DNA of 64,000 bases from an uncultured Acidobacteriaceae bacterium (GTDB lineage: Bacteria; Acidobacteriota; Terriglobia; Terriglobales; Acidobacteriaceae). The position numbers were made by a program, and so were the translations under genes. A model generated the notes under the pieces. That model ran no database searches, was not told the origin of the DNA, and saw only the letters and a program-made list of their open reading frames with translations. The stretch's first letter is position 1, and each line of letters begins with the position of its first letter. Below are positions 26,249 to 38,001 of this stretch, in pieces. Location: contig CAWGCQ010000001.1 in assembly GCA_963821165.1 (NCBI GenBank), positions 732,427 through 796,426 of the forward strand. Direction: 5' to 3'.

Positions 26249-27547
26249 ATGCTCTCCCGCCGACGATTCCTCACCACCGCAGCCGCAACCGCGCCCGCCT
26301 TCGCCCTTAACCCGCACCACATCAACGCCCAGGCCCCACCATCCGAGGCACTTCCCGCTCCCATCGCCGCCCTCAAAGACCGCTCCCACGAGGCCGTCCC
26401 CATCTCCGCCGCCGAGCGCCAGCACCGCATCGACCGCGCCCGCGACCTCCTCGCCCAGAACAAACTCGCCGCCCTCACCGTCACCGGCGGCACCACGCTC
26501 GAGTACTTCCTCGGCGTCCCCGCCTACCAGTCCGAGCGCCTCTTCGCCTGGACCCTCCCTGCCACTGGCGACCCCTTCGTCGTCTGCCCCACCTTCGAAG
26601 CCGGCCGCATGCACGAAGCCCTCAGTAGCTCTCCCATCGGCGCCACCACCCGCGTCTACACCTGGAACGAAGACGACGACCCCTACGCCCTCCTCGCCAA
26701 ATCCCTCCAGGCAGCAACGCCCTCATCCCTGCCTCTGGCTCTCGACGAGCGCGTCCAGTACGTCTTCGCCGACCGCATCGCCCAGGCCGTCGCGCCCCGC
26801 ACCGTCACCTCCGGTATCCCCGTAGTCGCCGGCTGCCGCAGCATCAAATCCCCCGCCGAGCTAGCCCTCATGCAGCTCGCCAACGACATCACCCTCTCCG
26901 TCTACAAGGCCGTATACGAATCCTGCTCGCCCGGCATGACCAACCGCCAGTTCACCTCCCTCGTCGACGCCGCCTACGCCCGCTGTGGCGTTCGCGGCGA
27001 GGCCTCCTGCCAGGTCGCCGCCTTCTCTGCGCAGCCCCACGGCTCGCCCACCCCGCAAATCATCCGCGAAAACCAGATCATCCTCATCGACGACGGTTGC
27101 TTCGTCCAGGGCTATCAGTCCGACATCTCCCGCAGCTTCGTCTACGGCAAGCCCACCGACCGCCAGAAGCATGTCTTCGACATCGTCCATCAAGCCCAGG
27201 CCGCCGCGCTCGCCGCCGCACGCCCCGGCGTCGAAATGCAATCCGTAGACGCAGCCGCACGCAACGTCATCACCAACGCCGGCTTCGGCCCCGGCTACAA
27301 ATACTTCACCCACCGCGTAGGCCACGGCATCGGCATGGATATGCATGAGTGGTACTACCTCGTCCGCGGCAACACCCGCCTCATCCAGGCCCACATGACC
27401 TTCTCCGACGAGCCCGGCATCTACCTCCCCGACGACCCCGAGCCCTTCGGCATCCGCCTGGAAGACGACATGCACATCACCGAAACCGGCGCCAAACTCT
27501 TCACCCCCCAAAGCCCCAGCCTCGAACACCCCTTCGCCAACGCGTAA
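26249..27547 (+). CDS. Tat-exported Xaa-Pro (M24) peptidase
   Basis: SRRRFL Tat motif; YQSDISR, HRVGHGIG, DEPGIY, GIRLEDD. Confidence 0.93.
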   Translation: MLSRRRFLTTAAATAPAFALNPHHINAQAPPSEALPAPIAALKDRSHEAVPISAAERQHRIDRARDLLAQNKLAALTVTGGTTLEYFLGVPAYQSERLFAWTLPATGDPFVVCPTFEAGRMHEALSSSPIGATTRVYTWNEDDDPYALLAKSLQAATPSSLPLALDERVQYVFADRIAQAVAPRTVTSGIPVVAGCRSIKSPAELALMQLANDITLSVYKAVYESCSPGMTNRQFTSLVDAAYARCGVRGEASCQVAAFSAQPHGSPTPQIIRENQIILIDDGCFVQGYQSDISRSFVYGKPTDRQKHVFDIVHQAQAAALAAARPGVEMQSVDAAARNVITNAGFGPGYKYFTHRVGHGIGMDMHEWYYLVRGNTRLIQAHMTFSDEPGIYLPDDPEPFGIRLEDDMHITETGAKLFTPQSPSLEHPFANA

Positions 27548-27640
27548 CCTCGCATGTCCGCCAACGTCTAGTACTCGGACAGCAACAAAGGCCGCGATAT
27601 CCGTCGCGGCCTTTGCTCTTGCTCTCGCCTTTGCTCTTCT

Positions 27641-27676
27641 GGCTGTCATTCCGAGCGCAGCGAGGAACCTGCTTCT
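27641..27676 (+). repeat. REP-like hairpin of the TGTCAT..CTGCTTC family
   Basis: ggctgtcattccgagcgcagcgaggaacctgcttct; relatives at 23227, 38790 and 45054-45579. Confidence 0.8.
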
Positions 27677-27695
27677 GTCTTTGCTTTCCTAATCC

Positions 27696-29696
27696 CTAAT
27701 CCCTGTTCCCTAATCCCTGGTTTTTCGGCATCACCATCAACTCAATCCCGCTAGCCTCCCCCGCCTCATGAAACACCGTCTCAGTAGCCTTCTTGAAGTC
27801 CCCCGGCTTGGCCTTCGCAATGTCCATGAACACCTGCGGATTCCGATCGGTCAGCGGAAACCACGAGCTCTGCACCTGCACCATGATCCGATGCCCCTTG
27901 AGGAACGTGTGGTTCACATCCTGCATGCTGAAGTTCACGTCCGTCACCTTGCCCGGCACCAGCGGCTCCGGCGTCGCTAACGAGTTTCGGAACTTCGCGC
28001 GGAACGGCTCGCCGCGCACCAGCATCTCGTACCCGCCCATAATCACCGGCGGAGCACCCAGCACATGCTTGCCCTCGTCCTCCGCATCCGGATCCGCATA
28101 GTTATCCGGATACACATCGATCAGCTTCACATCGAAGTCCGAATCAGTCCCCGTCGACGCAATCTTCAACCGCGGCCGCACCGGCCCCACCACCGTCACA
28201 TCCTCGGTCAGCGGCTCAGTCTCATACACCAGCACATCCGGCCGCGTAGCCGCGAACCGCTGGTCGTCATCCATGTAGCGCTGCGGAGGATCCGCCTCCG
28301 TCACATACCCCACGTACGGCACCGGATGCGCCGGGTCGCTCACATAGCTGTCTTCGCTCTCCTTCGCCGCAGGCGCCGTCCACCCCAGCCCGCCCTCCGG
28401 CTGGAAGTAGATCATCTTCGTCTCCGCCTGCTTCGGAGGCCACGCATCATACTTCTTCCACACATTGCTGCCCGTCTCAAACGTGTAAGCCTTGGGCAGC
28501 GGAGTCCACGGTGCGTCCTTCAGATAGTGCGCAAAGAACGGAGCCTCCATCGTCTTGCGAAAAAACTCCGACGTATCCGACCCAAACTTGATGTCGCCCA
28601 GCGAAGCGCCCGATCCGCGCGCCCATCCGCCATGCACCCACGGCCCTTCGACCAGCGTATTCGCCGCAGCCTCGGGGCTCTCCTTATCAATCGCATGGAA
28701 CACCTTCACCGGCCCCGCCAGGTCTTCCGCATCGAACCATCCGCCCACCACCATCACCGCCGCCTTCACGCCAAACATGTGCAGCTCCATGTTGCGCGCG
28801 ATCCAGTAGCCGTCATACGTGTCATGAATCGTCTGATCGTGATACAGCGGATTGGTCCCACCCGCCGGCGAATCCAGATTCGCCAGCGTCCCCATCTTCA
28901 GGTAGTACGCATACGCATCCTTGGTAAAGAACTCAAAGTTATTCGGCGGCTCAACCTTCAGCGGATTCTTCTGCGGCCGATAAAATGGCGCATAGAACGA
29001 GTGGTTCGCCGCCAACATGAACGCCCCTCCGTGATAGCTATCGTCGCCATCGAACAAATTAATCATCGGCGCCTGCGGACTCGCCGCCTTGATCGCCGGA
29101 TGCCCCTGGATAATGCTCGCCGCCGTGTAGAACCCCGGATAGCTGATGCCCTCGATTCCCACCTTGCCGTTGTTGTTCTTCACATTCTTCAGCAGCCAGT
29201 CCACCGTGTCATACATGTCGGTCGACTCATCAATCCCCTTGTCTGTCTTCACATTGAACACCGGTGGAGTCATCTCCACCCAACTCCCCTCGCTCTCCCA
29301 CCTTCCGCGCACATCCTGGCACACCAGGATGTACCCGCTCTCAAGCATGTCCATATTCGCCGTCACACGCGGCATCACCACGTCATTGTCATAGTTGCCG
29401 CAGCTGTACGGAGTCCGCGTCATCAAAAACGGATACGGCCCCTTATCCGCGAACTGCCCCGCAATCGGCGTATACACCTGCGTATAAAGCTTCACGCCAT
29501 CGCGCATCGCAATCCGGTACTCATGCTTCTCGTAGTGCGTCTTCGCGAAGAGCAGCATCTGCTGCATGCGCTGCTGCATCGGAGTTGGCGGTGCCGGAGC
29601 CACCACCGGCGCCTTCGTCTGCGCGCCAATCGACGCAACCATCCCCACCATCACGCCCCACCCTAACAACGCTCGAACAGCTACACGCATGCACAA
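27696..29696 (-). CDS. CocE/NonD family hydrolase (glutaryl-7-ACA acylase-like)
   Basis: MRDGVKL, RTPY, QDVRGR..SEG, GISYPG nucleophile, GPWVHG, VQVQSSWFP. Confidence 0.93.
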   Translation of the reverse strand: MCMRVAVRALLGWGVMVGMVASIGAQTKAPVVAPAPPTPMQQRMQQMLLFAKTHYEKHEYRIAMRDGVKLYTQVYTPIAGQFADKGPYPFLMTRTPYSCGNYDNDVVMPRVTANMDMLESGYILVCQDVRGRWESEGSWVEMTPPVFNVKTDKGIDESTDMYDTVDWLLKNVKNNNGKVGIEGISYPGFYTAASIIQGHPAIKAASPQAPMINLFDGDDSYHGGAFMLAANHSFYAPFYRPQKNPLKVEPPNNFEFFTKDAYAYYLKMGTLANLDSPAGGTNPLYHDQTIHDTYDGYWIARNMELHMFGVKAAVMVVGGWFDAEDLAGPVKVFHAIDKESPEAAANTLVEGPWVHGGWARGSGASLGDIKFGSDTSEFFRKTMEAPFFAHYLKDAPWTPLPKAYTFETGSNVWKKYDAWPPKQAETKMIYFQPEGGLGWTAPAAKESEDSYVSDPAHPVPYVGYVTEADPPQRYMDDDQRFAATRPDVLVYETEPLTEDVTVVGPVRPRLKIASTGTDSDFDVKLIDVYPDNYADPDAEDEGKHVLGAPPVIMGGYEMLVRGEPFRAKFRNSLATPEPLVPGKVTDVNFSMQDVNHTFLKGHRIMVQVQSSWFPLTDRNPQVFMDIAKAKPGDFKKATETVFHEAGEASGIELMVMPKNQGLGNRD

Positions 29697-29785
29697 TCTC
29701 TCCTGTCTTCAACTACGCTTCAACACTTGCAAGGACTTTTCGGATTGTACTCGCTCTCCCCTGAAACCAACCCGACCCTTGTGCG

Positions 29786-30936
29786 CTAAACCCCCGCACC
29801 CTCCAACTCCCGTTCCTTGCTCTTCCCCGCCAGCCGCATCACCAATCGTTCCAGCACCAGCTTCTTATCCACCGGCCCCGACCGCAACTCCAAATCCGCC
29901 TTCGCAATCAAACGCAGTCCACGCGTCAACTCTCCGCGGTCCCGATACCGCCGCGCCTGCGCAATCAGCGCATCCGCCGCAAACGGCGCCACCCGAAATC
30001 CCGGCCACAACACCGACCACATCGCCCTCTGATCCTTCACCTGTTTCTCGTTCAGCACCAGCATCTGCCGATACGTCTTCGCCAGCGAAAACACGTGCCC
30101 GATCGCCGCATCTTCCCCACCCTCCGACGCATTCAGCAACCCCGCCAGCAGCGCCAGCGCCTTGGGCGCGTCCTTCATACTGATCGCATCCGTCAGCTCA
30201 TACAAACTCCGCTGCTTGGCAGCCGACACCATCGTCTCCACATCCCCCACCTCCACCGTGGCCTTGCCCACACCACCCACGTACAGCAGCAGCTTCTCCA
30301 CCTCGCTCGCCACCAACATCATCTCCGCACCGCCCGCCGAACCCAGCGCATCCACCAGCTCCCGCGCCGCGTCTTCGCTGAACGCAACCCCCCGAGCCTT
30401 CGCCTCGCGCACCACCCAGCGCATCGCATCCTCTTCGCTCACCCGCTGCAGCTCCACCACGCCGCACACATCGCCCAGCGTCTCGCGAATCTTTTCCGCC
30501 CTCTCCTTGTCCGTCATGTCCATCCTGCGCAGGTCCTGCGGCAGCGCAATATGATCGGCCACAAAGATCACCAGCGCCGCGGATTCGGCCGCCGAAAATA
30601 TTCATCGATTGCCTTGAACTCTTCCTTCTTCTGCCCGCGCCCATACAGCGTCTTCACATTGCGCAGAAACAGCACCTGGAACGGCGCCATCAGCGAAGGC
30701 GTCTGCGCCAGATCCAGCGCCTCAAAGATCGACGTCTGCCCCAGGTCCAGATCATGCAGACAGAAATCCTTCATCTCCTCCGGCACCAGCGCCTGCATCA
30801 CGCCCTTGCGGCACATCTCCATCAGAAACGCATCATCCCCCAGCAACACGTACCCTGCACGCCGAGCATCGCCACTCACCTCAGCCAGAAACCGCTCCAC
30901 CCCCGCAAAGCTCTTGAGTCCAGACGTTTCGCTCAT
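29786..30936 (-). CDS. holA: DNA polymerase III delta subunit, frameshift near 30575
   Basis: YVLLGDDAFL, AQTPSLMAP, SEVEKLLLY, LYELTDA, ADLELRS; lies downstream of lptE as usual. Confidence 0.88.
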
Positions 30937-31447
30937 CGAAAGCTCTCCAGCATGTCGCTCACCGCGCCTCCGCAAAGTCCTTCGCCATCCTCCGCACCGC
31001 CGCTCCGTCCTCCTGCACAAACCCGCGAAGTCCTGCGTCGACTGGTACTGCTCCCTCCACGCAAACGCATCGTTCTTGTACAGCACAGCCCCATCATGCG
31101 CTACCAGCTTCACACTCGCCGTCACATTCACCAGGTAGCTCGACGTCTGCCCGCTCGTCGAGTCATACGTCAGCGGCACCACCGTCTCCGTCACAATCGT
31201 CCCCTTCAGCACCGCATCCGCTGCGGTCCGCATCCGCGCCCGTCACCACCCGGTAATTCGTCCGCGTATTCAACTCCCGCACCACCGCCTGCGTAAACGC
31301 CGTCTCCGTGTTGTACGCCTGCACCTTCGACACAAAGATCGGCACACCCAGCGTTCGCACGTTCGCCGGAATATGCGACGCCGCACCCACCTGGTGGTAT
31401 CCACAACCCGCCAGCATCACGACCAATCCCAGAGCCAGAACACGCAT
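30933..31447 (-). CDS. lptE: LPS assembly lipoprotein LptE, frameshifted
   Basis: LAGCGY lipobox; FTQAVVREL, DAVLKGTI; lptE-holA synteny. Confidence 0.82.
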
Positions 31448-31490
31448 GGTTTCGATGATAAATGGTCTGGCCAGGGTATTCCTTCCAACG

Positions 31491-33237
31491 CTAATCCACC
31501 GTCTTCTCCCCGATGTAGTACAGATCATGCGGCACATCCAGCGTATCCGGATCCGCCGTCCACGGCATCGTCTTCCACTCCGTCGTCACCGGAGTCACCA
31601 GCGTCAAATGCTCGCGCTCGCCAATCTTAATCGGCATCGCAAACCCCGCCTCGTCCGCACTCCACCGATACGCCACCGTCCCCTTCGCCTCGATCGAACT
31701 TCAACTCCAGCACCGGAATCGCCGCATGCCGCAGATACTCATTGAAGAACGGCGTCAGGTTCATCCCCGTCCGCTGATTCCACCACGCCACCACATCCTC
31801 CGTCATGATGTTCTGATACTTGAAGTGCTGATAGAAGTCGTGAATATCCGCAAACCACTTCGCGTCATCATCAATCACGCTGCGCAGCGTATTCAGCATC
31901 AGCGCGCCCTTGAAGTACTGATCCTCCGTAGGCTCCGCATTGATCCCGCGCTCCGGAATAATCGGCTGCCGATTCCGTATCTTCGGCTGCAGCCCATTCA
32001 GATACTTGATCGCATCCGCCTTCCCCCATCGATACTCCACGTACAGCGACTCCATATAGGTAGTCCATCCCTCATGGATCCACATGTCCGATCGGTCCGC
32101 CGCCGTAATCGAGTTCCCAAACCACTCATGCCCGCTCTCATGAATGATGATGAAGTCGAACCGCGGCGAGATCCCCACGCCCGTCCAATCGCGCCCATAG
32201 TACCCATTCTCAAAGTGATTGCCATACGCCACCGCCGTCTGGTGCTCCATCCCCGCATACGGCACCTCGATCAGCTTGTACCCATCCTTGTCGAACGGAT
32301 ACTCGCCGAAATAATGCTCATACGCATCGAGCATCACCGGCACCTGCGCGAACTGCGCCTTCGCCTTCTCCAGGTCCTCCGGCAGCGCGTAGAAATCCAG
32401 CGTCGTCTGCTCGCCCGTCTCCTTATTCACATGCACGCCCGACCAGTGCTGATACTCGCCAATATTCAGCGCGACATCGTAATTGTTGATCGGATAATGC
32501 ACCCGCCACTCCCACTCCGTATACCCATCGCCTAAATCCTTGCTCGCCACAAACCGCCCGTTGCTCACATCCATCAACCCATCCGGCACCGCGACATCAA
32601 TCTCCATCCCGTCCTGCGGCTCATCCTTCCACTGATCCTTATTCGGCCACCAGACACTCGCGCCCTCGCCCTCACACGCTGTCGTAATCCACGGCTTGCC
32701 TTCCTTGTCCTTATCAAACGAGAAGCACCCAAACCGTCCCTGCGTCACCGGCTGCCCGTGATACGCCACCGTAACTTCGTCCACCTCACCCACCTTCAGC
32801 TCGCGCGGAAATTCAACATAAAAAGTCCGCGAATCGGCCGCCGCGCGCTCATACCTCACCGGCTTGCCCTCAAACGTAATCCCATCCAGCGTCAACTCCG
32901 GCGTCAGCTCCAGCTGGATCTTCCGCCCCTCCTTCAACATCCGAAACCGCACCACATTTGTCCCGACAATGGTCTTCGCCGCTGGATCCACGCGCAGCGT
33001 CAGGTGATAAAACAGCAGATCATTGTTCGCGCGATACGGCCCATACCCGCCGCGCAGCAGATCATCCTTCGTCGGCAACAACCCCGACACCGGCGGCTGC
33101 GCTCCCTGCCCAACCTTCGCTCCCGGCGTGGTGCTCGCGCTCTGCGCCGACGGCATAGGCTTCGTCGCCTGCGCCCCTGCCAACCCCACCGCCAACCCCA
33201 CCACCACAAACGACAACCAGCCAGCACGCATCTTCAT
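31491..33237 (-). CDS. M1 family aminopeptidase, frameshift near 31690
   Basis: AGMEHQ, HESGHEWFGN, WIHEG, YFKG. Confidence 0.93.
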
Positions 33238-33311
33238 TCGGTTAGCCTATCGCACCCGCGCGCCATCTGCGATACCATCCCCGCAGGCCCCTTGCCACAA
33301 CCGAGAGTCCC

Positions 33312-33902
33312 GTGAGCTTCACGCCCGCCTCCATCGCCGCGCTCATCGTCGCCGCCAGCTTCGCCGCCGGCCTCAACGTCTACGCCACCGTAGCCACCCT
33401 CGGCATCCTCTCGCGATTCGACTGGGTCACCCTCCCTCCCGGCCTCCACGCCCTCTCCAACCCCTGGGTCATCGCCGTCTCCAGCCTCCTCTTCGCCGTA
33501 GAAATCTTCGCCGACAAAATCCCCGCCTTCGACCTCGTCTGGAACGCCGCCCACACCTTCATCCGTGTGCCCGTAGCCGCGCTGCTCGCCTACCAGGCAG
33601 CCTCGCAGCTCTCGCCCGAGATGAAGCTCCTCGCCGCCGTCGGCGGAGCCGCCATCGCGGCCATCGCCCACACCTCCAAAACCGCCGCCCGCGCCATGGT
33701 CACCCCCAGTCCCGAGCCGCTCTCCAACGTCGCGCTCTCCGCCGGCGAAGACGTCGCCGCCATCTCCCTCACCTGGCTCGCCACGCATCATCCGTATCTC
33801 GCCGGAGGCATTGCCACCGTCGCCATCATCTTCCTCATCCTCAGCCTGCGCTGGATCGCCACCCGCCTCAAGCGCCTCTTCCACCGCGTGCAGGCCACCT
33901 GA
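33312..33902 (+). CDS. DUF4126 membrane protein
   Basis: AAGLNVYA, EIFADKIP..D..W, HTFIR.P, SPEP.SN..LS..ED. Confidence 0.88.
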   Translation: MSFTPASIAALIVAASFAAGLNVYATVATLGILSRFDWVTLPPGLHALSNPWVIAVSSLLFAVEIFADKIPAFDLVWNAAHTFIRVPVAALLAYQAASQLSPEMKLLAAVGGAAIAAIAHTSKTAARAMVTPSPEPLSNVALSAGEDVAAISLTWLATHHPYLAGGIATVAIIFLILSLRWIATRLKRLFHRVQAT

Positions 33903-33913
33903 CCCTTCCCCAC

Positions 33914-33946
33914 AAAAAGGAAAGGCGACCCGAAGGCCGCCTTCCT
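33914..33946. terminator. Hairpin terminator between convergent DUF4126 and ftsH
   Basis: aggaaaggcgacc-cgaa-ggccgccttcct with an A run on its left. Confidence 0.7.
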
Positions 33947-33969
33947 CACTCTTATCGCAACGCTGAATC

Positions 33970-35895
33970 TTACGCCGGCGTCGTATGCCCTTCGCCGAAC
34001 CCAGGCTTGCGCCCGCCTTCCGGCTTCAGCACCTGCTGCTTGTCGTCGCCGTCGTCATCGCCGGCCGACGCCAGCGAAGACTTCACCGGTCCCAGCAGCT
34101 TGCCCTGGATCAGCAACTCGATCTCCGCCGCATCCAGCGTCTCACGCTCCAGCAGCGCAGCCGCCATCGCATGCATCACCTCGCGGTTTTCGTCGAGAAT
34201 CTTGTACGCCGAGTTGTACCCCTCATCGACCAGCCGCCGCACCGCCTTATCAATCTGCTGCGCCGTGTCATCCGAGTAGTCCCGCGCCTGCCCAATATCC
34301 CGGCCCAGAAACACTTCCTGTTCCTTCTTGCCGTAGGTCAGCGGTCCAAGCTCGCTCATGCCGTACTCGCAAACCATCTTCCGAGCCAGCTCCGTCGCGC
34401 GCACAATATCGTTGCCCGCGCCAGTCGTCATGCGGTTCATAAAGATCTCTTCCGCGCAGCGTCCACCCATCAGGATGGCCAGCTGCGTGTTCAGATAATC
34501 CCGCGTCACCGTGTGCTTGTCCTCTTCCGGCAGGTGCATCGTCACGCCCAGCGCCATGCCGCGCGGAATGATCGTCACCTTGTGCAGCGGATCGGAGTGA
34601 TCGCGCTTCGCCGCCACGAGCACGTGTCCGGCCTCGTGGTACGCCGTGTCGCGCTTGTCGTCCTCGCTCAGCAGCATGGACTTCCGCTCGGCGCCCATCA
34701 GCACCTTGTCCTTCGCCACTTCGAAGTCGAACATGTGCACGGCCTTGCGGTTGAACCGCGCCGCCGTCAGCGCCGCCTCGTTCACCATGTTCGCCAGGTC
34801 AGCGCCGGTAAAGCCCGGTGTTCCGCGAGCCAGCATCGGCAGGTTCACGTCCTCCGCCAGCGGCACCTTCTTCGAGTGCACGCGCAGAATCTCTTCGCGC
34901 CCACGAATGTCCGGACGATCCACAATCACGCGGCGATCGAAACGCCCCGGCCGCAGCAGCGCCGGATCCAGCACATCAGGCCGGTTCGTCGCAGCAATCA
35001 GAATCACGCCGTCGTTGGACTCAAATCCATCCATCTCGACCAGCAGCTGATTCAGCGTCTGCTCGCGCTCATCGTGTCCGCCGCCCAGGCCAGCACCGCG
35101 GTGCCGTCCAACAGCGTCAATCTCATCGATGAAGATGATGCAAGGAGCATTCTTCTTGCCCTGCTCAAACAGATCGCGCACGCGGCTAGCGCCCACGCCC
35201 ACAAACATCTCCACAAAGTCCGAACCGGAGATCGAGAAGAACGGAACATTCGCCTCGCCCGCAACCGCTCGCGCCAGCAGCGTCTTGCCCGTTCCCGGAG
35301 GTCCGACCATCAGCACGCCCTTGGGAATGCGTCCGCCCAGCCGCTGGAACTTCTGCGCCTCGCGCAGAAATTCGATGATCTCGCGAAGCTCTTCCTTCGC
35401 TTCATTGACGCCTGCCACGTCCTTGAACGTAATCTTCTTCTGCTGCATCGAGAGCAGGCGCGCGCGGTTCTTGCCAAAGCTCAGCGCCTTGTTTCCGCCA
35501 CTCTGCATCTGCCGCATCATGAACATGAACAGCGCCACCAGCACCAGGATCGGCGCAAAGCTCAGCAGCGCATTCCAGTACATGTTTCCCTGCTGGCTCT
35601 TGAACGTGACATCCACGCCATGGGCCTTCAGATCGGCCTCTTCGGCGTGGTCCACATAGTTCGCCGGAATCGTGGTGTGGAAGGTCTCTTTGCCGTCCTT
35701 GTACTTGCCCGTGACGTCCGCGCCGTCCACCAGCACATCCGAGATCTTGCCCGCGTCCGCGTCATCCTGAAACTGTGTCAGGCTTACTGCCTTATCGTGG
35801 CCCGCAGCCATGTTGGTCGCGACGAAGCGCCAACCCACCAGAAGGCAGCCCAGCGTCAGCACCCAGATCAACAACTGTTTGACTGTTGAATTCAA
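33970..35895 (-). CDS. ftsH: ATP-dependent zinc metalloprotease FtsH
   Basis: Two TM helices, [14 protein letters not shown], second region of homology, HEAGH. Confidence 0.98.
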   Translation of the reverse strand: MNSTVKQLLIWVLTLGCLLVGWRFVATNMAAGHDKAVSLTQFQDDADAGKISDVLVDGADVTGKYKDGKETFHTTIPANYVDHAEEADLKAHGVDVTFKSQQGNMYWNALLSFAPILVLVALFMFMMRQMQSGGNKALSFGKNRARLLSMQQKKITFKDVAGVNEAKEELREIIEFLREAQKFQRLGGRIPKGVLMVGPPGTGKTLLARAVAGEANVPFFSISGSDFVEMFVGVGASRVRDLFEQGKKNAPCIIFIDEIDAVGRHRGAGLGGGHDEREQTLNQLLVEMDGFESNDGVILIAATNRPDVLDPALLRPGRFDRRVIVDRPDIRGREEILRVHSKKVPLAEDVNLPMLARGTPGFTGADLANMVNEAALTAARFNRKAVHMFDFEVAKDKVLMGAERKSMLLSEDDKRDTAYHEAGHVLVAAKRDHSDPLHKVTIIPRGMALGVTMHLPEEDKHTVTRDYLNTQLAILMGGRCAEEIFMNRMTTGAGNDIVRATELARKMVCEYGMSELGPLTYGKKEQEVFLGRDIGQARDYSDDTAQQIDKAVRRLVDEGYNSAYKILDENREVMHAMAAALLERETLDAAEIELLIQGKLLGPVKSSLASAGDDDGDDKQQVLKPEGGRKPGFGEGHTTPA

Positions 35896-36195
35896 TCCGA
35901 TTCCTCGTTTCGACTTGCTATTGCGTCTTCTACTGCCCCGCCCTACTTGCTCGGACGGCTACCACCTCTAACTCTCGCCCCAACCGGCGGCGACTCGCTC
36001 AGCCTTGGGAGCTCCCTAACCCTGAAACCCCAAAACTTAGCCTGATCTTTAGACGCCAACCGCAGAAATACGGTGCAGTGTTTTGCGGCCGTCTTCGCTC
36101 TTGCACCGGGTTTGATCTAAATTCTACTCTGGCTCCGCCCCCATCTGGCAGAAATATCATCCACAGACCCCGATCCTTACCCCTAACGGAATCGA

Positions 36196-37344
36196 TTAAC
36201 CGTGCCGCCACAATCGGATCTCCCGCGCCGACCGCTCCACCCGCAAACCTCCATGCAACTCCAACCGGCTCCCAATCTTTCCCGTCACCGCTCCACCCAC
36301 CCCCCCGAAACCCGCCAGCGCCAACACCTTCGCCGTCTCCTCTCCGCCCAGCACATATCCCCCTTCTGCCTCCGCAAACACCTTCCGCGCCGCCGCCCGC
36401 ACGATCCTCCGCCGCAACGCCGCCGGCATCGCACGCAGCCGCTCAATCTCAATCGCATACCCTACCTCCCCGACCGCGGTACTCACCGCCCGCCCTCCGC
36501 CGCGCACCGGCTTGCCCGGCAACAGTACCTGCGGCAACACTCGCGCCACCTCCGCCTGCCAGAACGCCTCTTCCTCCCGCGCAATCTCCGCAGTCCGCGA
36601 CAGCAACGCATCCACCGCCGGATTGAACTCCCGCAGCATCGGCATCAACACATGCCGCACCCGGTTCCGCGTCAACGACACATCCGCGTTCGTAGCATCC
36701 TCCCTCCATCCCTGCTCCCGCTCCCGCAAAAACGCCTCCACCTCCGCCCGCCGAACCCCCAGCAACGGCCGCACAATTCTCCCCAGCACCTGAGGCAACA
36801 AACCGGGTGCCCCATGTCTCGCTTCTGAGACATGGGTTCCCTCGGAAGCCGGCACCTCCACCTCCGGAAAAATCCCCCCCAACCCCTCCGTCCACGCCCC
36901 CCGCAGCATCTTCATCACCACCGTCTCCGCCTGGTCATCGAGCGTATGCGCCGTCGCCACCACATCCACCACCCCACTCGCCATCAACCCCCGCAGCGCC
37001 TCATACCGCAGCTCCCGCGCCGCCTCCTCCACACCTTCACCCTCCGCCGCCTGCCGAGCCGCCGTGTCCACCCGAAACACCGTCAGCGGAACCCCCAGCC
37101 GCTCGCACAACTCCCGCACGAACACCTCATCACCATCCGCCTCCGCACCGCGCAGCCCATGATGCACATGCGCCGCACGCAACACCACGCCCAGCGCCAC
37201 CTTGTTCTGCGCACTCTCGGTATTCGCCTCCACCAGCCCCAGCAGCAGCGCCACCGAATCCGCCCCGCCACTCACCGCCACGCACACCCGCTCCCCCGCC
37301 CGCAGCAGCCCCCGATCCATCGCCAACGTCGCCTTCACCGCCAT
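36196..37344 (-). CDS. tilS: tRNA(Ile)-lysidine synthetase
   Basis: VSGGADS, HVHHGLR, EAARELRY, TAHTLDDQAET, RPLL, RNRVR; tilS-ftsH synteny. Confidence 0.95.
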   Translation of the reverse strand: MAVKATLAMDRGLLRAGERVCVAVSGGADSVALLLGLVEANTESAQNKVALGVVLRAAHVHHGLRGAEADGDEVFVRELCERLGVPLTVFRVDTAARQAAEGEGVEEAARELRYEALRGLMASGVVDVVATAHTLDDQAETVVMKMLRGAWTEGLGGIFPEVEVPASEGTHVSEARHGAPGLLPQVLGRIVRPLLGVRRAEVEAFLREREQGWREDATNADVSLTRNRVRHVLMPMLREFNPAVDALLSRTAEIAREEEAFWQAEVARVLPQVLLPGKPVRGGGRAVSTAVGEVGYAIEIERLRAMPAALRRRIVRAAARKVFAEAEGGYVLGGEETAKVLALAGFGGVGGAVTGKIGSRLELHGGLRVERSAREIRLWRHG

Positions 37345-37407
37345 CGCTCCATCCTAAGCCGATCCGTTTTCTCTACGCTCTACGCTCTATCCCCTACACT
37401 CTGTTTC

Positions 37408-37941
37408 ATGACCCTCCGCCGCGCCACGCCCGACGACGCCCTCATCATCACCGCCCAGCGCCACCAGATGTTCGCCGACAACTCGCTCGCCACCGAAGCC
37501 GCCTACAACACCATGGACCTCAACTTCGAACCCTGGGTCCGCGAGCGCTTAGCCGACGGCCGCTACGTCGGCCTCTTCTTAGAGGAAGCCGCAGGCGCTT
37601 TAGAGGAAGCCGCAGGCGCTCTCGAAGAGCCTGCCGCAACTCCCGGCCAACCCGCGAAAATCCTCGCCGCCTGCGGCATCTTCTTCGGCGACTTCCCCCC
37701 GCACTTCCTCGACCCCAACCCCATCCGCGCCTACCTGCTCAACTTCTACACCGCACCCGAAGCCCGGGGCCGCGGCCTCGCCACCCAACTGCTGCAACAC
37801 GCCGTCGACGAATGCCACCACCGCAACGTCCGCGTCATCACCCTCCACGCCTCAAAGTTCGGCAAACCCATCTACGAAAAATTCGGCTTCACCCAGAACA
37901 ACGAAATGATCCTCCGCCCATCCCCAACCCCTGGGCCCTGA
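37408..37941 (+). CDS. GNAT family acetyltransferase
   Basis: NFYTAPEARGRGLA, LHAS..G.PIYEKFGF. Confidence 0.9.
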   Translation: MTLRRATPDDALIITAQRHQMFADNSLATEAAYNTMDLNFEPWVRERLADGRYVGLFLEEAAGALEEAAGALEEPAATPGQPAKILAACGIFFGDFPPHFLDPNPIRAYLLNFYTAPEARGRGLATQLLQHAVDECHHRNVRVITLHASKFGKPIYEKFGFTQNNEMILRPSPTPGP

Positions 37942-37975
37942 ACCCTGGGCCCCAACCCCTGGGCCCTGAACCCTG
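37922..37975 (+). repeat. Heptamer array overlapping the GNAT stop codon
   Basis: ccctggg ccctgaa ccctggg ccccaac ccctggg ccctgaa ccctg. Confidence 0.88.
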
Positions 37976-38001
37976 TTCTTAAGCGTTATACTCACATTCC
38001 C

